IMG/VR virus record: IMGVR_UViG_3300008459_007659
Span: 1-64,000 of that record
Origin: an uncultured virus (IMG/VR IMGVR_UViG_3300008459_007659)
Taxonomy: Duplodnaviria > Heunggongvirae > Uroviricota > Caudoviricetes
Length of the DNA stretch: 64,000 bases
Direction: 5' to 3' (one strand)
This document shows positions 59,390 to 64,000 of this stretch, piece by piece. A program made the position numbers and the translations under genes. The notes under the pieces are model-generated. The model searched no databases. It was given only the letters and a program-made list of their open reading frames with translations, and was not told the origin of the DNA. Numbering within the stretch: position 1 is the first letter of the stretch; each line of letters begins with the position of its first letter.

Positions 59390-60516
59390 ATAACATAAAT
59401 TTGTCTAGGCATTGCCCTGAACTTTAAAGATTTGTTAAGATTCTCCGCAAGTAAAGCCTCTCGTTCTAAAACTTTATCAGGTCTTAATCTTGTTAACTTA
59501 CCTTCAGCCCCTGTTAATTCTTCTATTAGTTTAGTTTTTTCGTCTTTACCTTCAGTTGCTAATGACTGATAATCCATTGTAAGTTCTGAATCCGGTGTTT
59601 TGATATTACCACTAAATTTACCTCTAACTTTTGATAGAGTTTCTTTACAACTTGCGATAAACCAATTTCTAACCCAAACTTGTGCGGGATGATTTAAATC
59701 AACCCAAGAAAGTTTATCAATCGGAACATCAGATGGTAATTTAATAATATCAGGATTATCTTTTAAACATTTGTCTCTACCTCCTTCAGTAGTATCATAG
59801 TACCAATACCATACTTTTCCTTTAGTCATTGTTCCATTACCAAAATCAAACTTACCACCAGGAGTGTTCATTAAATGTATAGCTTTTTTACCACCTGGTA
59901 ATGCGGTAATTCTATATGTTAAATCACCAGCAATAATTCTTCTTTGAATGTTTATTTCTTGCATTCTCAATAACATATCAAAAGCCGGCATCATAAAATA
60001 TGAACCTGCCATATTACCACCCATTTGTGCGAGACCTCCACCTCCACCAAGACCTCCACCATATCCTAATGAACCAAATGACCATGGATCAAACATTGTG
60101 TTGTTTAGTGTTGCAGGAGTAAACCATAGTAGTTCATTAATTTCTCTTCCTTCAGGTATTTCGTATATTTGTTGGTTTTTGACTAATTGGATGTAATCCT
60201 TTTTAAGTTCCCACTCTCCACCCGCTTGTAACCCAACGATTTTAGAATATGCGTATGTGTATCTTGTTTCGTAATCTAAACTTTTTGTTACAAAGGCTCT
60301 TGATAACGATTGAGTTTCAAGATTCAAATTCCATAAACTTGTCCATTGAGATTCAATCAACCAATCATTAACTTTTTGAGAATACTCATCTATTGAGAAT
60401 TCAAGAAGGGTATCCATTTGTTCGTCCTCTAATTCAACACTCCTTAACGGTGCTCCGAGTATGTGTCTAATTTTAGTGTATAATTCACTTCTTTGTGGTT
60501 CTGGTATAATTCCCAT
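59386..60516 (-). CDS. Neck/head-tail adaptor (T4 gp13-like)
   Basis: LGAPLRSVELEDEQMD N-terminal motif; WV...KE.L..VRGKF C-terminal motif. Confidence 0.75.
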   Translation of the reverse strand: MGIIPEPQRSELYTKIRHILGAPLRSVELEDEQMDTLLEFSIDEYSQKVNDWLIESQWTSLWNLNLETQSLSRAFVTKSLDYETRYTYAYSKIVGLQAGGEWELKKDYIQLVKNQQIYEIPEGREINELLWFTPATLNNTMFDPWSFGSLGYGGGLGGGGGLAQMGGNMAGSYFMMPAFDMLLRMQEINIQRRIIAGDLTYRITALPGGKKAIHLMNTPGGKFDFGNGTMTKGKVWYWYYDTTEGGRDKCLKDNPDIIKLPSDVPIDKLSWVDLNHPAQVWVRNWFIASCKETLSKVRGKFSGNIKTPDSELTMDYQSLATEGKDEKTKLIEELTGAEGKLTRLRPDKVLEREALLAENLNKSLKFRAMPRQIYVI

Positions 60517-60539
60517 AGTAATAGTTTTATTATAAATAT

Positions 60540-61631
60540 TTATTTCTTCATTCTTAATTCGTATAACTCATTGACGAATTCCCAATTAACACAATTCCAA
60601 AAGTTTTTAATGTACTGATCCCTCTTGTTTCTGTATCTCAAATAATAAGCATGTTCCCAAACATCAAGTCCAAGAAGTGGATAACCACCACCCTCAACAA
60701 CATTCATTAATGGATTGTCTTGATTTGGGGTTGACATAATTTTTAATCTACCTGTTTTAGTTAATACTAACCAAGCCCACCCTGAACCAAATCTATCTAA
60801 TGCGGTTTTATTAAATTCTTCTTTAAATTTGTTAAATGAACCGTATTGTTTTTTTATTTTCTCAAAAACAATACCTTTAGGTGTTTGTTTTGTTGGGGAT
60901 AACATTTTCCAAAATAATGCATGGTTGAAAGCTCCTCCAGCATTGTTTCTAACTTTAGTATCAAATTTACTAATGGATTTAACAATGTCCTCAAGTTCCA
61001 TATCACCTTTTCTACTTGATAAAGCGTCGTTTAATTTTTTTACATATCCTTTGTAGTGTTTGTTATAATGAATATCCATTGTCTCAGGATCTACAAATTT
61101 TTTAATTGCTGAATATGAATAAGGTAATTTCTCAATACCTATTTTTTTCATTTCAGTTAAAAACTGTTTTTGGATGTTTTCTTTTTCTTTAAGGACTATC
61201 TGTTCTGATATGATATCTAATTTATTGGATATTGATTTAAACCCCTCAAATATTGTTTTTTCATAATTTGGATAGTCTTTCTCAAACATTTTAACAATTT
61301 GACCCGCAAACGCATTTGCTTCATCTTCATTTTTCCCACCAATGTCCGGACCTTTATCTCTATCTAAAACTCCGTGTTGATATTCGTGAACCCATTCGTG
61401 AGCAAGAGTTCTCATAATATCTCTATTTAATCTATTTTTTGCGAGTATCTTTAATATATGTTTGTTAGTCCTACTACCAGTACTCATTTTACCATATCTT
61501 TCACCCGTAAAAACTATTTCTATATCATCAACCAACGGCAATTTTTTACTTAAGAATTTTATAAAATCCTCAAATAATTTGTAATCTTTTTTTGGGATAT
61601 CCGATTTAAGATATTTTATTGAAACTTTCAT
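60540..61631 (-). CDS. sodA: Fe/Mn superoxide dismutase (Mn-type signature) fused to an N-terminal HExxH domain
   Basis: LPYSY, HYNKH, GGAFNH, FGSGWAW, NQD, DVWEHAYY; N-domain AHEWVH...EDEANAFA. Confidence 0.88.
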   Translation of the reverse strand: MKVSIKYLKSDIPKKDYKLFEDFIKFLSKKLPLVDDIEIVFTGERYGKMSTGSRTNKHILKILAKNRLNRDIMRTLAHEWVHEYQHGVLDRDKGPDIGGKNEDEANAFAGQIVKMFEKDYPNYEKTIFEGFKSISNKLDIISEQIVLKEKENIQKQFLTEMKKIGIEKLPYSYSAIKKFVDPETMDIHYNKHYKGYVKKLNDALSSRKGDMELEDIVKSISKFDTKVRNNAGGAFNHALFWKMLSPTKQTPKGIVFEKIKKQYGSFNKFKEEFNKTALDRFGSGWAWLVLTKTGRLKIMSTPNQDNPLMNVVEGGGYPLLGLDVWEHAYYLRYRNKRDQYIKNFWNCVNWEFVNELYELRMKK

Positions 61632-61659
61632 TAACAATAAATATCTTCAAATGAAAGTT

Positions 61660-63423
61660 TTATCTTCTCTTGTTAATTGAATTGAGTATTTCCTCTACAA
61701 CATCTCCACCATTTTCAAGTAAGTCATCACCCATCACGGTATTTATGATTTGTTTTTTTCTAGTAAGAATATCATATATTGCGCCCTCAATTGAGTTATC
61801 AAATAATGGGTAATAAACAAGAACATTATTTTTTTGTCCGTAACGATACGCTCTATCCTCAGCCTGTGCGTGTTCCGCAGGGACAAATGATAAGTCATTC
61901 ATTATTACCACTTCTGCCGATGTTAATGTTAAACCAACACCTGCCGCTTTAAGGTTACCTACAAATACTTTAATTTTTTCATTATCTTGAAACTGATCTA
62001 CGGCATATTGTCTTTGAGGTTTAGTACAACTACCATCCAAGTAAACAGACTGTTTCCCAAAATGATTATGTATCATTTGTAATGTATCCGTAAAATTTGT
62101 GAATATGATAACCTTTTTACCTTGTTCAATTATGTTCTCAACAAATTCAATTGTGTGTTTGATTTTTTCGTTTGCAATAATTTTTCTAACTTTCATCAAT
62201 TTACTAAACTGAATAGTCAAAGATGATGATTCGTCAGATTTGTTTTCATACCAATCATAATATTCTCCCATCATTTCTTCGTAGTCTTTAGAAACTAATC
62301 TTAGATATATTGGTGAAATAATTTTATCTGGTAAATCAAGGACATCTTCTTTCAATCGTCTTAACATCTGTTTTGAAGTCCTGTCTCTTAATTCCTCAAG
62401 ATTTGATGCTCCTTGTACATTCCATACTTTTCTTTTCCCTGCCATGAATTGATATCCCTGACAGTATCGGATAGCATAAGCCATCCAATTCTGTGCTACG
62501 GGACTTTCGATGATACTCAAAAGATTATAGTAATTCATGGGACGAGATGTCATTGGTGTTCCTGTCAACAACCACACTCGTTTAATATCTTTAACGAATG
62601 AATTAATAATTTTAGTTCGTTGAGCTTGTGGATTTGATATCATATGTGCCTCATCCAAAATAACCAAGTCAAAATTTGAATTATGTATGATTGAATTGTC
62701 TTTATTTTTTGTATCGTAGAAATTTTTAAGAATGTCGTAATTAACAATCGTAAAGTCTTCTTCTGTAGAGAATTTTTTACCTTCACTAATATAAACACTA
62801 CGATCAGTATAATTTTCAATCTCTCGTTGCCAATTTATTTTTAATGATGCGGGACATACAATTAAAATTCTTTTTGCACCTGTTTCTAAAGCGGCAATTA
62901 TTGTGGAAGTTGTTTTACCAAGTCCCATATCATCCGCAAGAATAAATCTTTTAGAACCAACTAATTTCTCAATCGCTTCTTTTTGGTGGGTAAGTGGTGG
63001 TCTATGTTCGTATTTAGAATAATCAATATCAACTTTCTCTATTGTGTGGGTTTTAATTAATGCGGATTTAGGAACCCAAAATTCAGTTAAATCATCCTTC
63101 TCAAAAAATTTACCCCAAATATGATATGACTTTTCTTTTTCCACTAAAAGTTTCTCAACATAAACAGTTTCAGGAACTTCTAATAGATATTTTTCTTCAG
63201 CAAATTTCTTTGCGAAGTATGAATCCAAGTCAACCCATTTACGAGCAACTTTTGGTTTTACATCATGATAAGTATTTATATAATCTGATTGTGATCTAGT
63301 AGGAAAGAATTTTTTACTCTTTTCTTTTTTAGTTTTTAAAGATAAAATATAGTTATTCGCACCTGAATATACCTCAAGTACTTCTAATGCTTTTTGCTCT
63401 ATCGTTTTCGTTAGAATATCCAA
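61660..63423 (-). CDS. SNF2-family helicase/annealing ATPase
   Basis: LADDMGLGKT, DEAH, LTGTP, RRLK, QAEDRAYRYGQ. Confidence 0.9.
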   Translation of the reverse strand: MDILTKTIEQKALEVLEVYSGANNYILSLKTKKEKSKKFFPTRSQSDYINTYHDVKPKVARKWVDLDSYFAKKFAEEKYLLEVPETVYVEKLLVEKEKSYHIWGKFFEKDDLTEFWVPKSALIKTHTIEKVDIDYSKYEHRPPLTHQKEAIEKLVGSKRFILADDMGLGKTTSTIIAALETGAKRILIVCPASLKINWQREIENYTDRSVYISEGKKFSTEEDFTIVNYDILKNFYDTKNKDNSIIHNSNFDLVILDEAHMISNPQAQRTKIINSFVKDIKRVWLLTGTPMTSRPMNYYNLLSIIESPVAQNWMAYAIRYCQGYQFMAGKRKVWNVQGASNLEELRDRTSKQMLRRLKEDVLDLPDKIISPIYLRLVSKDYEEMMGEYYDWYENKSDESSSLTIQFSKLMKVRKIIANEKIKHTIEFVENIIEQGKKVIIFTNFTDTLQMIHNHFGKQSVYLDGSCTKPQRQYAVDQFQDNEKIKVFVGNLKAAGVGLTLTSAEVVIMNDLSFVPAEHAQAEDRAYRYGQKNNVLVYYPLFDNSIEGAIYDILTRKKQIINTVMGDDLLENGGDVVEEILNSINKRR

Positions 63424-63441
63424 ACTAATTAGTTTTTTATA

Positions 63442-63470
63442 ATAATAATCAATATTTAGATATTTATCAA
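63442..63470. promoter_or_regulatory. Overlapping divergent promoters: host-type (minus) and TATTTAT (plus)
   Basis: Minus strand TTGATA-N17-TATTAT toward the helicase; plus strand TATTTAT at 63461-63467 toward 63484. Confidence 0.55.
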
Positions 63471-63483
63471 TAAAACTGTTTTT

Positions 63484-63996
63484 ATGTCAAATAAAGTACC
63501 TATTACAAGACTGGGTAAGTTTTTCGGAGAAAATGATTTTAACCTTGATATCTCAATGGGAGAAGAATGGTTAGTCGGGGATATGAACTTTACTTGTGTT
63601 CTTTATCGTATTGATAGATATAAAACAAAAACTGATGATGTTTATGGTGAGACTGTTGAGGACGGAATTAAATTCTTACCTCCTGTTGAGTTCAATGCGT
63701 TTGTACAAGTATCGGCACCTGAAAATAAAATGATGGGAACTACAAGAATTGATCAGATGGAACCTGGTAATATTAGAGTGTCTGTTTATCAAAAAACATT
63801 AGATGATTTGGAAATTGATATAAATTTTGGTGATTATATAGGTTACTATGAAAGTGAAACTTTGGTTAGATATTATACGGTTAATAACGATGGTCGTGTA
63901 GTTTCTGATAATAAACATACATACGGTGGGTATAAACCTTTTTATCGTACAATATCGGCATCTCCTGTTGGACCTAATGAATTTAGAGGATTATGA
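63484..63996 (+). CDS. Head-closure/neck protein (T4 gp14-like)
   Basis: LYRID...DDVYGE....F.PPVE; close to the gp13-like gene. Confidence 0.6.
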   Translation: MSNKVPITRLGKFFGENDFNLDISMGEEWLVGDMNFTCVLYRIDRYKTKTDDVYGETVEDGIKFLPPVEFNAFVQVSAPENKMMGTTRIDQMEPGNIRVSVYQKTLDDLEIDINFGDYIGYYESETLVRYYTVNNDGRVVSDNKHTYGGYKPFYRTISASPVGPNEFRGL

Positions 63997-64000
63997 GAAA

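Noticed and set aside
67..62601. Other short nested or antisense ORFs in the ORF track (e.g. 6341..6748, 27992..28453, 56440..56760)
   Set aside because: They lie inside well-supported genes and show no recognisable motifs
1..64000. Stop-codon reassignment
   Set aside because: Genes tile densely and known enzymes are full length under the standard code; TAA, TGA and TAG all end genes
1..64000. Eukaryotic giant virus or bacterial chromosome origin
   Set aside because: Neck, spike and gp55-like sigma genes with operonic overlaps point to a tailed phage; no cellular housekeeping context
1..64000. tRNA/rRNA genes
   Set aside because: Intergenic gaps are short and AT-rich, and no cloverleaf or T-loop signature was seen

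Overview
This is a very AT-rich, gene-dense segment of a large contractile-tailed (T4-like, jumbo-type) bacteriophage genome. The phage call rests on a gp5-like baseplate spike, gp13/gp14-like neck proteins, a gp55-like sigma factor, a family B DNA polymerase, a SNF2 helicase, PhoH and dUTPase. Start codons have A-rich leaders without Shine-Dalgarno sequences, which suggests a Bacteroidota host (inference). Most of the window is glycan and protein modification machinery. (1) A minus-strand block at 9-26 kb carries gmd/fcl, about 10 glycosyltransferase-like genes and 4 FkbM-like methyltransferases. (2) A plus-strand block at 29-56 kb interleaves long repeat-built fibre/adhesin genes and Pro-Thr mucin-like genes with candidate modifying enzymes: two RaxST-like sulfotransferases, APS kinase plus a small HxGH nucleotidyltransferase, an Aah/TibC-like heptosyltransferase, GT8, GT9-like, GT60, GT25 and HtrL-like genes. 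The main hypothesis is a phage-encoded system that sulfates and glycosylates its own virion fibres. Also seen: a recurring TATTTAT candidate late promoter, host-type promoters, a hairpin in the polymerase leader, and a fibre with about 43 17-aa repeats that has a fixed codon scaffold and three hypervariable di-residue slots. All family assignments come from motif recognition by eye; no database searches were run.
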